From the NCBI GenBank assembly GCA_013239625.1, contig MU053645.1, positions 496,001-560,000 on the forward strand: 64,000 nucleotides of DNA, written 5' to 3'. Under the pieces are notes generated by a model. That model did no database searches. It was not told the DNA's origin and worked only from the letters and a program-made list of their open reading frames with translations. Below are positions 52,330-64,000 of the stretch, piece by piece (within the stretch, counting starts at the first letter, position 1; the number at the start of each line of letters is the position of its first letter). The stretch comes from Lama guanicoe. Lineage: Eukaryota. A program made the position numbers and the translations under genes.

Positions 52330-53820
52330 TCCAGATGCAATAAAATACTGAAAAATTTGATTATATAAAATTTTCTGCATGGCAAAAAAATCATAAGGAA
52401 GCAAAAATTTAAATCACAAAGTAGTTCAAAATGTTACCTGCAATATGTATCACAAAAAACGCTAATATCCCTAATATATAGATATGTACTCTTCAAAATA
52501 GAGGAAAATAAAGGTCAAAATTATGGGCTAAACATGAACAGTTCACAAAAATACATATACAGTTTTCCCTTTAAAATATAAAAAAGAAGCTCAGGTTTAC
52601 TTGTAATAAGAGAAATCCTAAAACAAGAAATGCAAAACTACAATGAGAAAAAAATTTCTAATCCATCAGCTTGAAAAATTTCCAAAGTTTGACAATACAC
52701 TGTTGGTGAGGGTGTGGAGAAACAGGGACACATATATTGCTGGTAAAAGTGTAGAAAGATATTAGTCCTTCAAGGGGGATTTCAAAATACATAATGGTGT
52801 GCTGGTTAATTTTTGACAGCAGTTTCCCTGGGAAAAAACCAAAAGGAAAAAGCTCTGATGTGTAGCGTTTGCTGATTTCCTTTGTGAAAATAGTTCCAAC
52901 ATGGCCAATTTTAAGCTACCAGAGTCAAGTCACTGAACAAAAATCGGAAAAAGATGCACATTAGTATTCAGTTATATAGATTTCCTACAATATAGTTACA
53001 ATTAACATGAATAACTGAAAGAACATAGCTAATAGCAAAATGTAGTTATTAAAAGAATTTAGAGGGGTGAGTTTAGAATATTTGTTGTCTTACTTAAAAA
53101 TATTACTTTTAAGTGGTAAGTTTATGTGATTTAGTTTTTACTAATAGTGGTGTTCTACAACTAGCTCATAAAATTCCTGAAAATGTAAAAATTGATTCTG
53201 AAACACCAGTATGAATCACCTTCAGCACAATACTGAAATGGCTGAAAACCTAAATACACGTTTACCCTTTGACCCAACAAAACTCCTACTTCTAGGTGTT
53301 TACTCAGAGATGTACTTCCAACAATACAAAAATGAGTATGTACTAAATTATTCATTGCAGGATTGTTTATAATATCAAATTTTGGGAAACAATCTAATTG
53401 TCCATATGTAAGAAATCCACACAATGAAGTTTTTGTGGCTGCAAAAATGAATTGAGTACCTTGTACTTGAATGTTCAGAGCAGCTTTATTGGTCATAGCT
53501 AAAAAATGGGAACTACCCACATGTCCTTCAGTGGGTGAATAGTTAAATAAACTGTAGCACATATATTCTATAGTATACTGCTCAGCAATAAAAAGAACAA
53601 ACTACTAATACACATAACAACTTGGATAAAACTCAAGGAAATTATGCTGAGCTAAAAAAAAAATCCAATCTCAAAAGGACACATATTGTATGATTCCATT
53701 CATGTAACATTTGTGAGATAGCATAATGATAGAAACAAAAAACATAGTAGTTGTTCTCTGGCATTAAGGATAGTGGGGAAGAGGAGGAATGTGTGTCTAT
53801 ACAGGGGTAATTTGAAGGAG
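52330..53820 (+). mobile_element. Old L1M 3' fragments
   Basis: gttggtgagggtgtggagaaacaggg, ccctttgacccaacaaaactcctacttctagg, aatgttcagagcagctttatt. Confidence 0.75.
52792..53235 (-). mobile_element. MER63-like hAT-Blackjack MITE
   Basis: TIR-like ends tggtgtgctgg / cagcacaatactg; aaaattcctgaaaatgtaa internal motif. Confidence 0.7.
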
Positions 53821-53822
53821 TC

Positions 53823-54847
53823 TTTTATCTTTCAGCTTTATTGAGATTTAACTGAGATATTAATATTGTATTCATTTAAAGGGTGGGGAGGGATAAATTG
53901 GGAGCTCAGGATTTGTAGATACTAACTACTGTATATAAAATAGACAGACAACAAGGTCCTACTGTATAGCACAAGGAACTATATTCAATACCTTATAATG
54001 GCCTATAATGAAAAAGACCATGTAAAGGAATATATATATATCACCATGCTGTACCACAGAAATTAACACAACATTGTAAATGAACTATATTTCAATGAAA
54101 AAAGTGTACAATGTGATGATTTGATATACATATATACTGTGAAATGATTACCACAATGTCTTAACACCGTTATCACCTCACATAGTTAACATGTGTGTGC
54201 AGTGAGACCATTTAAGATCTAATCTCTTAAAAACTTTCAAATATATAATACACTATTATTAACTATAGTCGCCATGCTGTACATTAGATACCTACACATT
54301 ATTCATCTTATATCTGAAAATTTGTACCCTTTGACCAACATCTCTCCATTCCCCTACTCGACCCTACCCCTAGCAACCATCACTCAACTTTGTTTCTATG
54401 AATTCAGGTTTTTCAGATTCCACATATAAGTAATATCATATGGTATTTTTCTTTCATTGTCTGAGTTATTTCATTTAGCATTATGCCCTCAAGGGTCACC
54501 CACGTTTTTGCAAATGGTAATAATTCCTTCTTTTTATGGCTGAATAATATTCCATTGCATATGTATATATGCCAGGTTTTTTTGTCCATTCATCCATTGA
54601 CAGATACTTGTTCTTTTCATGTTTTGGATATTGTGACTAATGCTGCAATGAACATGGAGGAGTAGGTAGCTCTTTGAGACAGTAATTTCATTTCCTTTGG
54701 ATATATACTCAGAAGTAGAATTGCTGATCATATGGTACTTCTACTTTTAATTTTTGAGAAACCTCCATACTATTTTTCATAATGTCTGTGCCAGTTTACA
54801 TTCCCACCAATGACACAAGGGCTCACTTTTCTCCACATCCTCCAGAG
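53823..54847 (-). mobile_element. L1MA-type 3' fragment
   Basis: cagctttattgagat...agattccacatataagt...ttacattcccaccaa...ttctccacatcc. Confidence 0.88.
53881..54103 (+). mobile_element. Short younger L1 3' tip nested in the L1MA
   Basis: gggtggggagggataaattggg...aacaaggtcctactgtatagcaca...aacacaacattgtaaa then A-run. Confidence 0.85.
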
Positions 54848-54849
54848 AG

Positions 54850-57800
54850 TCCTCTGATATTATGATTCAGTATCTTAATTGTAGTGGTGGCTATGCAAGT
54901 CTATATATAATGTGATAAAACTTCAAAAACCTGAACACACGCAAATACAAATAAATATATGTATAAATGGTGAAATCTGAATAAGCTCTGTGGATTGTAC
55001 CAGTGTCAAACTCCTTGGTACTGATGCTGAACTGCAGTTTTATAAGATATTAACATTGGGGAGGCTGGGGAAGGGTCCACAGGGCTTTCCTATACATTCT
55101 ATGCAACCTTTTGTGAATCTATAATTATTTCAAAGTTAAATTTTAAAAAGAATGAAGTTTTAATGAACTGATACGGAGTAATTTTTCAGGATATATTGTC
55201 AAGAGGAAAAAGAGTGCAAAAGAGAATGCATATATAATATACTATCTTTTATGAAAGAAGGAAAAATGTGAAAAAAAGAAAAAGATGTTATTATATATTC
55301 ATTTTTGAAAAATGTAACAAAGGAATAATGAGGCAGTAACACATGAAATTGTTTCCATAAAAGGGCAAAATCAACTGCATAGAAAATTTGAACTTTAATT
55401 ATAAGACTGACTGTGGATATTAGTATGGGTATAGTAATTTCAAAACTGTTTTGATTGTACTACAGGAGTGAAAAAGTAAATATATATTAATGCTTTAGGG
55501 AATCAGTGTTCACACTTCAGGTGGAGGGTACAAATATGAAAAAGGGGAAAGAGAGAATGAAACTTGTGGTTTTGATTGGAATTAGAGGCATTGGTATGAA
55601 CTCATTTACTGAAAATGTCTAAAATCAATGATACCCCAGTAGCAATGAGCACAAGTGATGCCTCAACACCATGGTTTAAAAAGGCCATCCCCCACTAAAA
55701 TAAACTAGCACTCCTTCCAGGGCTGGGAAAGAGAAAGTACATAGCAAATCTGGAATACTGTACATCAGATAGTAAGGAAATATTAAGAAAACTGATAGAG
55801 ATATTTCAAAAGAATACAGAAGTCAGCTTGAAGAGGCTCCCACAGGCCTACTTTAGGAAAAAGTGAGCACTGAAAAAGAATAAGATGGACTTTATCAAAT
55901 TTCAAAACTTCTGTTCATCAAAAAACATGATTGAGACAGTGAAAAGGCAAGCCATAAACTGGGTAGAAATACCCAATTTCAATCTCTCTTTATTTTTCTC
56001 TCATCCAGAAAGTATAAAGAAATCCTAAAACTCAGTGAGAAAAACAATTTTAAAAACTGGTCAAAAGTTCTCAAAAGGCAGCCCCGAAAGAAGATACCCG
56101 AATGGCCGATGAGCCTATGAAGAGGTGCTCAATATCATCTGCAGTCAGGGAAATGCAAATTCAAACCACCATGAGATACCCCGACACACAACAGAAAGGA
56201 CAATGGAAAAAAGAATTATAACACCAAGATCTGACAACCACATTGAAAAATCATTTGGCAGTTTCTTTTAAAGTTGAACATACACTTATATGACCTAGTT
56301 ATTCTACTCCTAGGTATTTACCCAAGAAAAATGAGTCCATGTGTTTACCAAAAACCTGAACAAGAATGTTGATATTAGCTTTATTTACAGAAGCAAAAAC
56401 CTGGAAATAACCCAAATGCCCATTAACAAGAAAATGGATAAACAAATTTTGGCATATTCATGCAACAGAACCTCTTCAGCAGTAAGATAATGAATTGCTG
56501 ATCCAGAGATAATATGAATGCATCTCAAAAACATGAATACAGCATACTGCTGCTTGTCCACCAATGGACTGAAAGATACCTAGCTACACTGCAGTAAAAC
56601 TGACACCCAGCGCGTCCATGTGCTTGCACACTTTCTTCTCATTACCTAACAAAACCTCTTATCCTTCTCACCTCACCTCTTAGAGGTAATGTTCAAGGAT
56701 CACAAGAGCCACGTGATTGACCTAACGCTATTCAACCAGTTTAGTTAGCATCTACCATATGCTACCATTTCAAGTGGTGGTAAATTCGTTCTCTTATTAA
56801 ATCTTAAGTTCCTTGAAGGCAGGGACTCTGTGTCATATTTCTGTGTATTCTTGGCATGTTTACTTAACAAAATGTGGGCACCTAATAAACTTCTATTTAT
56901 CAAAAAAGTAGCAATAGGGTGTATACTGTTTGTATCTGTTATGGAAGTTCAATAACTTGCCAATTAAATCTTTGGTAAGAGAAATCACAATAGTGCTTAG
57001 GGAGTTTTAACTTGAAAGGTTCATGAAAGAATTTTCTGGGATGATGGAAAAGTTCTAATCTTGATGTGTTGAATACATTGGTGCATTTATATGTAAACAT
57101 TCGCCAAACTGGATGAAAATCAATTGTGTTTATACATATTAATGATGAATAACCCAAAAAGGAAATTAAGAAAACAATTCCATTTCCAATAGCATCAAAA
57201 ATAGGAAAATGCTTGGAAATAAACTTGATGAAAGACTTATGCACTGAAAAGTACAAATGTTGCTAAAAGAAATTAAATACACAAATAAATAGAAAGACAT
57301 CCTGCATTCATGATTAGAAGATTTAATATTGTTAATATGGCAGTAGCACTCAAAACAATCTACAAGGTCCAGTGAAATCTCTACCAAAATCCCAATGAAT
57401 TTTTCCAAATAAATCATTCCTAAAACCTCATATGGAATCTCAAGGAATCCTGAATAGCCAAAGCAATCTTAAACAAAAATTAAATTTGAAGGCCTCACAC
57501 TTTCTGATTTTAAAAGTTACTACAAATCTCAAGTAATCAAAACAGTATGGTACTAGTATAAAAAGTCAGGTAATGAGAATTCAAACCAATGGAATAAAAT
57601 AGCCCAGAAATAAAACTTTACATATATAGTCAAATGATTTTTGGTAAGGGTGCCAAGGCCATTCAATGGGGAAAAGACAGTCTTTCGAACAACTGACGTA
57701 GGGAAAACTGGATGTCCACATGTAAAAAAATGAAGTTGTACCTTTACCTTACAGCATATATAAAAATTAACTCAAAATTGATCCAAAATTTAAACCAAAG

Positions 57801-60010
57801 AGAAAGAACTATAAAACTCTTATAAGAAAACATAGGGGAAAAAATTCATGACATTGAATTTGACCATGATTTATTGAGTACAGAAAGCACAGGCAACAAA
57901 AGGAAAAACAGATAAATTAGATTTCATCAAAATTTAAAACTTTTGTGTATCTAAGTATACTATCAAGAGAGTGAAAAGATAACCCACAGAATAGAAAGAA
58001 ATATTTGTAAGTCATATATCTGATAAGGGATTAATATCCAAAATATATAAAGAACTCCTACAACTCAACAACAACAAAACACAATTTTTAAATGGGCAAA
58101 GGACTTGAGTAGAAATTTTTTAAAAAATATTCAAATGGACAATAAGCACATGAAAAGATGCTCAACATCACTAATCATCAGAGAAACATAAATCAAAACC
58201 ATGAGACACCATTTCATATCCATTAGGATAACTATTATGTATAACAAATATTTTTTAAAAACAGAAAAAAATGTGTATCAAGGATGTAGAGAAATTGGAA
58301 ACCTTGCACATCACTGGTGGGAATGTAAAATGGTATAGCCACTATGGAAAATGGTATGGCAGTACTTCAAAAAAATAAAATTAAATATATAAGTACTATA
58401 TGATCCAGTAATTCTCCTTTTAGGCATATACCAAAAAGAATTAAAAACAGGGACTCAAACAGATAGTTGTACACCAATAGTCATAGAAGCCAAAAAGTGG
58501 AAGCAACCCAAATGTCCATATAAGGATGAAAGGATAAATAAAATGAGATATATTCAGACAATGGAATATTATTCAGTCTTAAAAAGAAAGGAAATTCTGA
58601 CTCATGCTGTAACATGAATGGATCTTGAAGACACTATGCAAACTGAAATAAGCCAGTCACAAAAGAATGTATATTTTATGATTCCACTTATATGAAGTAC
58701 CTAGAATAGTCCAATTTGTAGAGACAGAAAGTAGAATGCGGTTGCCAGGGGCCGGCGGAGGGAGAATAGGGAGTTATTATCTAATACGTAAATAGCTTCA
58801 GTTGTATGGTAGGGGAAAATGGAGAGCTATTGTTTAATGGGTATGTAATTTTAGTTTGGGAAGATGAAAACGTTTTGCAGATGGATGGGGGTGATGGCTA
58901 AACAAAAAGTGAATATTCTAGATGCTGTGAAATAGACACTTAAATATGATTAAAATTATAATGAAATAATTCACTGATATATACATTGAAGATTTGTGCA
59001 TTTCAAAATAGACAGAATTGGATGAAAATAGAGTCTATGAGTCCATAGTAATACTAATAAAAGAGGGGAGAGCTCCTTTTTATGTAAGAATACCAACTAA
59101 CGCATGCAGAAGGACTTAAAAATCACCTGTTGGCAAACACAATTGTAATAGATGATTCAGAAAAGAATCATAAATGAAAAGTTTCGTGGAACAGGGCATT
59201 CAAATTGTCTTAAGGTATCACCCAACAGATTATTTAATTAAAAATAGTCAAAGATGCCTTTAAAGTGGATTAATCTGTCAGATACTTCCTCAAACAAAAG
59301 ATCAAACTCAGAATAATCAATAATGAGACAGAGATAAAGTACATATCTTTTGAAGTTAGGCACAGAGAAGGACAAAAGAATCATGTAACTAGTATTCTGG
59401 TTAAAAATGTGCAATATGAATCTAATCATGAGGAAACAATCAGACAAATTCAAATTGAAGGTAATTCTACAAAACAATTGGCCTAGTTGCTTCAAAGATG
59501 TCAATGTCATGAAATCAATTTTAAATAAATTAGAATTAAAAAGGCTAGGGAACTGTTCTAGATTAAAGGATAAAGACATGATAAATAAATGCAATGCATA
59601 ATCTACTAGATTCTGAATCAGAAAAATACTATAAAAGACATTATTGGGACAAATGGGGAAATCTGAATATAGAATATGCATTAAGATATAGCATTGTATC
59701 AAAGTTAAATTTACCGAATATGATCATTGTAATCTAGCTATGTAGGAGAAGGTCCTTATTCTTACAAGACATGCTAAATTATTTAGGGGAGAGGTATCAT
59801 ATCTGGAGGTGACTCTCCTATGGTTCAGAAATGAAAACATAGATATACATAGGCACATTTGTATACATAAAGAGGATACAAATGTGACACAATGTTAACA
59901 ATTACTGAATCTAGATAAAAGATACATAGATGTTCATTGCAATTTTCTTGCAATTTTCCCATGGGTTTGAAATTTTTCCAAATAAATAAAGCTACAAAAA
60001 ATAAAATAAA
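54850..60010 (+). mobile_element. Stack of old L1M (L1MC/L1ME-like) 3' fragments
   Basis: Repeated ORF2-end and long 3' UTR motifs, e.g. ctaatcatgaggaaacaatcagacaaa, gatgttcattgcaattttcttgcaatttt. Confidence 0.7.
57115..58960 (+). mobile_element. L1MB-type fragment (ORF2 3' half + 3' UTR)
   Basis: aaacaattccatttccaatagcatcaaaa...gtgccaaggccattcaatgggg...gatggatgggggtgatgg. Confidence 0.85.
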
Positions 60011-60089
60011 AATCTTTTACAACAGATATTCACTCTCTCCATGTAAAATTATCTAATATGCTGAGGCTGAAGCTGCTATATTTGAAGGA

Positions 60090-60330
60090 AGACAGGCATG
60101 GCTGAGTGGCTGGAGAAATAGTCAGAGTCAGATGCCCTAAATTCTAGTCTAGATTCTGTTATTAACTTGTCATTTCACTTGGGTTTTCTCATGGGTCAAA
60201 TAGGGGGTGATAATACCTCCTTGCCATGCCTACTTTATAGGACTGTTGTGAGGATTAAATGAGATAACAGATGGGAAAGTACACTGACAAGGGGAAAAGT
60301 GCTATTCAAATTCAGAATACTCTTACTGTT
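60090..60330 (+). mobile_element. MIR SINE
   Basis: gagtcagatgccctaaattct...gttgtgaggattaaatgagataa. Confidence 0.7.
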
Positions 60331-60427
60331 ACTGCCATCTTAGAATATTTTTACGTTGTCTAATACCAAGTTCATTTCTGGAAACTGACAACTATTGATT
60401 TGCACATTTCCAATGGTGTGCATTTAC

Positions 60428-60606
60428 CCCTTTGCTTTTGAAATCCCTGTATCCTTTGACATGGGTATTCCCTAAAATGATTGATGGCCCTTGCAAGCTA
60501 TCATTAGCACTGAATGACACCACTGGCGTCCAAGAGGATTCTGCCACATGCCTGCTTTCTGGGCAACGGTTCTGCATATTTTCCATTTGAGTCAGTAGTT
60601 GTAGTT
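60428..60606 (-). other. Candidate exon, product unrecognised
   Basis: Pyrimidine tract + ttaaccAG acceptor, 179 bp open frame (LQLLTQMENMQNRCPESRH...DFKSKG), GGG|GTAAAT donor; no homology recognised. Confidence 0.25.
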
Positions 60607-63600
60607 CTGGTTAAAGCAAGTGTAACCAGAGAAGAGAGTGGGCAAAAGGGAGGTTGATGGAAGGAAAGAGGAAGGAAAGGTGGCAGTTTCATAAAGAGAC
60701 TACCTGGTACATTTTCAGGGAGAGATTCCTGACACTGTTATACACAGATATCTATCTCCTTTGGGTGTTCTTATTTCTCACTAGAACAATCACTTACCTC
60801 TGCTTACAAATTTGCCATATGGTTTAGTGGTGGGAAGACTGTCCAAAAGTCAGTGTCTCATTCATACTATTCAGAAACACTCAAGGTAGTTCTTTTTCAA
60901 TAATCATTACATGGCAGGACTCATCTTCACTTAATTATTGATTCAATATCCTTGGCATATAAAATATGTCACAGATAATCCAAGGGTAACTTTTGGTAAA
61001 AAATTAAGATCCTCAAACTATTTCAGAAAGGAAAACGGACATATGCATGTACTCACATTCACTGAATTCATTCTTTCTGTTGTAGGCTTTGGGTAGAAAG
61101 CCTCATTTGTGACTTATGACCCGTAATTGGCCAATATTTACTTGGTGGAGACCTTGATTAACATGGGGACATAAATACTAGAAATACATAAACAGTAGAA
61201 TAGAAATACAGGTCCATTCAATTGTACTATCTTATGAATAAAGGCTACTACTCAATCTTCTCTAAATTATACTTGTTGCTATTTATTCATTCAATTCTTA
61301 CAACTTACTCTAGAACCTAGTCTCCTGGCTTGTGGTTAGGTGCCCTTCATCAGATTCTCATTAATAGGATAAACAAGTTAGATTACAAGATAGCACATTA
61401 TACTTGGCTATAGTTCAAGAGAGCTAGGCTCTCTTCTTGGCCTTTGTGATCTTAGGAAACTAAAATTGAAATATTATTAACATGCTTATCTGTAAAATGG
61501 ACCTATTAGTTCTTGCTCAACTTTAGTGTTATGATGATCATCAAATCCAGAAATGCACTTAAGGTGATCAATGCTATCAAATGTGAACATATTAATTTGC
61601 ATCAAACTTTGACAAATGTGAAATACATATCTCCTGCTCAGAAAAAGCTAAACCAGGAAAAAAAAAAAACAACAGACAACACAAAAGACAGCTCAGTGTA
61701 TTTTTCAATTATGACTAATTCAACAGCCGAGATGTCAAATAGCACTCTTAAAATCTCTATGTAGCCAACTTGTAAAGCTTAGAAGAAAGTTTAGAGCCTG
61801 GCAAAGAACAACTGCCAAAATGCCAGAGTTCCTTTTTCCTGGCAGCATTAATGGAGCCCATAATAGCAAAGAGTGACAGCAGTCCTGTCAATAACCACCA
61901 GCACGGGAATCAGAGCTGCACAGTGCTTGTCTAGGCATGATGGAACCAATGCTATTTCTAAATGTGATGTTTCATCCAAGATTAAATATTTGACTCAAGA
62001 TTTAATCTCTAATACATGGGAGAACACAATCAAGGAAGAATGAATTGAGGGAAATGCTGATGAAAGATGTTATTAAATAATTAGATGTATTTTTTCACGT
62101 TGTGAAGCTTTTTGAGGGGTCTGATCTTTCCAATAGCATTATTTTGGCCTGAGTTCCCCCAGAGGAGAATGATGTGATTAAATCATGTATTTCTTAAAAA
62201 AAAAAACAAATAAAAAAACAGGCAAAGCCACAAATGGACCATAAACTGATCACATCTGATAAAATTCAAGGAAGCCATATCTCTAGTATGCAGAGAATTA
62301 CTCAGTATTTTCCAAAATGATGAAAGAATTTTTAAAAAACTCTAAAGGAAAGAGATAAAGATATCCTCTACAGGAAAGGTGGGGAAAGATTGGGGCTAGT
62401 GGTTAATATGACTTGTCTTTGAACTGCTGCTGCTAGAGTTGATATAGTAACTATTTTAATTATTACTAACACAATTCATTTCAACTGTGTGATTAAGAGA
62501 GCTCCAGGTGTATATTGCAACTTCCACCTATGAATCACAAAGTATCTAACAAACATTGACTACCACAGTTCATGAAAAGTCAGTGATTTTTGCCAGTGGG
62601 AAAAGAGAGTTATTAACTTGCCTACAGAAAGATTCAGGGTGCCATGGGGAAGGGGGAACCTGTATGAATTTTACAGAGGGAGAGGAATTTAATTTCCCTC
62701 CATTCTTTTCTCTTTTCATGATTTGGGGAGGGGCAGGAATGAGGGGACAAGAGCAGCATTGAAGGTGTTTTTTTTTTTAACTTTTGTGCTCCAGAGGAAA
62801 TAACAGAGCAAGTACAATAAAACTGTATGAAGCAATTAAATGACTAGGCGATTCACAGGGATGCGCTGAGCACATATACACATATCTGTGTCAATCATTG
62901 ATATAAAGAATAGTAGGAGCCACTATCCCTGCCTTTCAAGGAGTCCACAGTCTTTTAAAATGCACTAATTCACATTATTAATTTTGCCAACTGTTTTAAT
63001 AATTTGGTAGTTACAAAAGAAAATGTCCTTAATTTTTCAGACATGCATACTGAAGTATTTAGTGGTGAAACATCATGTATTTGTAGTTACCTTAAAACAA
63101 ATCTGGCAAAAATAAAGAGGTAGCAAATGTGGCAAAATGTTAACAATTGTCAAATCTAGGTACTTGATATATGGGGGTTCATTACACTTCTCTTTGCTTT
63201 TCAGCGTGTCTTCAAATTTTTATTACAAAAGATTAATTTTTTTCACCAGGTTAACTGGGAAAAGTCAATTTTAACCATAAATCTGAATAATCTGAATAAC
63301 AACAACTTTTGAAAGAGACTTTTTTAAAAAATTGATTCTTCATAGTAGTTGGAGCTAAGCTAGTTTTGCCTTATAGTTTGATTGCTATATGCCTTATTTA
63401 AAAAGGAATTACAGAGGTTCAAGCAATTTAATTGGTCAAATAAATTTAAAATAACAGTAAAAATGTAAGAAGGAATCACAACATGCAGATCTTTATCCTC
63501 AGGTGAGGTGGGCTACAGAGTGAACCTTAAGCTGTCTGGCAGCAACATGAAGAGGGGAAATATTCAGTACAATGTTTATTAGAAAAAATAAACTAGTTTC

Positions 63601-63614
63601 AAAGAAATTATGAT

Positions 63615-63870
63615 ACTATTATAGCTCATATTTACTGAGCATTTATTGTGTATGTCAGGCATAGTTCTAATCACTTTTCATGTACAAATTCATTGAATCC
63701 CCACCACAGGGGCTTTTTTATCTCATTTTACAAGTGAGGACATTGAGGCTGATAGAGGGTAAGTGACTTACCAAAGTTCACACAGCCAGGAAGTGACAGA
63801 GTTAGGATTTAACCACAGCTAGTCCTGACTAGAAAGCCCACATTTTAATCTCTAATTAATACTGTCTCTT
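63615..63870 (-). mobile_element. MIR SINE
   Basis: tttactgagcatttattgtgtatgtcaggc...cattttacaagtgaggacattgaggc...cacagccaggaagtgacagag. Confidence 0.85.
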
Positions 63871-64000
63871 TTCCTGGTAAGCACAACTTTTCCTAATAAT
63901 GAGCCCAGAGAGAAACATATATTCTATATTTTGTAAAGCAAATAATGAATAACATCCTCAGAAAAACATCTTTACTGTAAACACAATGACAAGTTTCATC

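Noticed and set aside
58745..58862. Apparent duplicated segment in the L1MB 3' UTR
   Set aside because: Degenerate; may be part of subfamily structure; cannot be supported without alignment.
59238..59702. 154-aa minus-strand ORF
   Set aside because: Antisense to an old L1 3' UTR.
1..64000. CpG island, promoter, tRNA/rRNA/snRNA genes, CRISPR or prokaryotic systems
   Set aside because: None seen; the sequence is uniformly CpG-depleted mammalian DNA.

Overview
AT-rich, CpG-poor mammalian (eutherian) genomic DNA with one 178-N assembly gap. It is dominated by interspersed repeats: old and young LINE-1 (mostly on the + strand, often nested), L2, MIR, MaLR/ERVL LTR remnants and hAT MITEs. The young L1 3' UTRs and the lack of any recognisable Bov-A/BovB/PRE-1/Alu/B1 SINE suggest a cetartiodactyl, probably a camelid (inference). 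I recognise no known protein-coding gene; the only recognisable coding sequence is L1 ORF2 debris. The window looks like a large intron or gene desert with several repeat-free, motif-rich blocks that may be conserved enhancers, plus a few unverified exon candidates. The best-supported points of interest concern L1 insertion mechanics: two 5'-inverted L1s, a 61-bp L1 tip with a micro 3' transduction, two L1 3' ends under one TSD pair, and three L1 copies whose sense parts start at nearly the same hairpin. I found no convincing new biological system. Repeat family names are from recalled consensus sequences, not a database search, and boundaries of old repeats are approximate.
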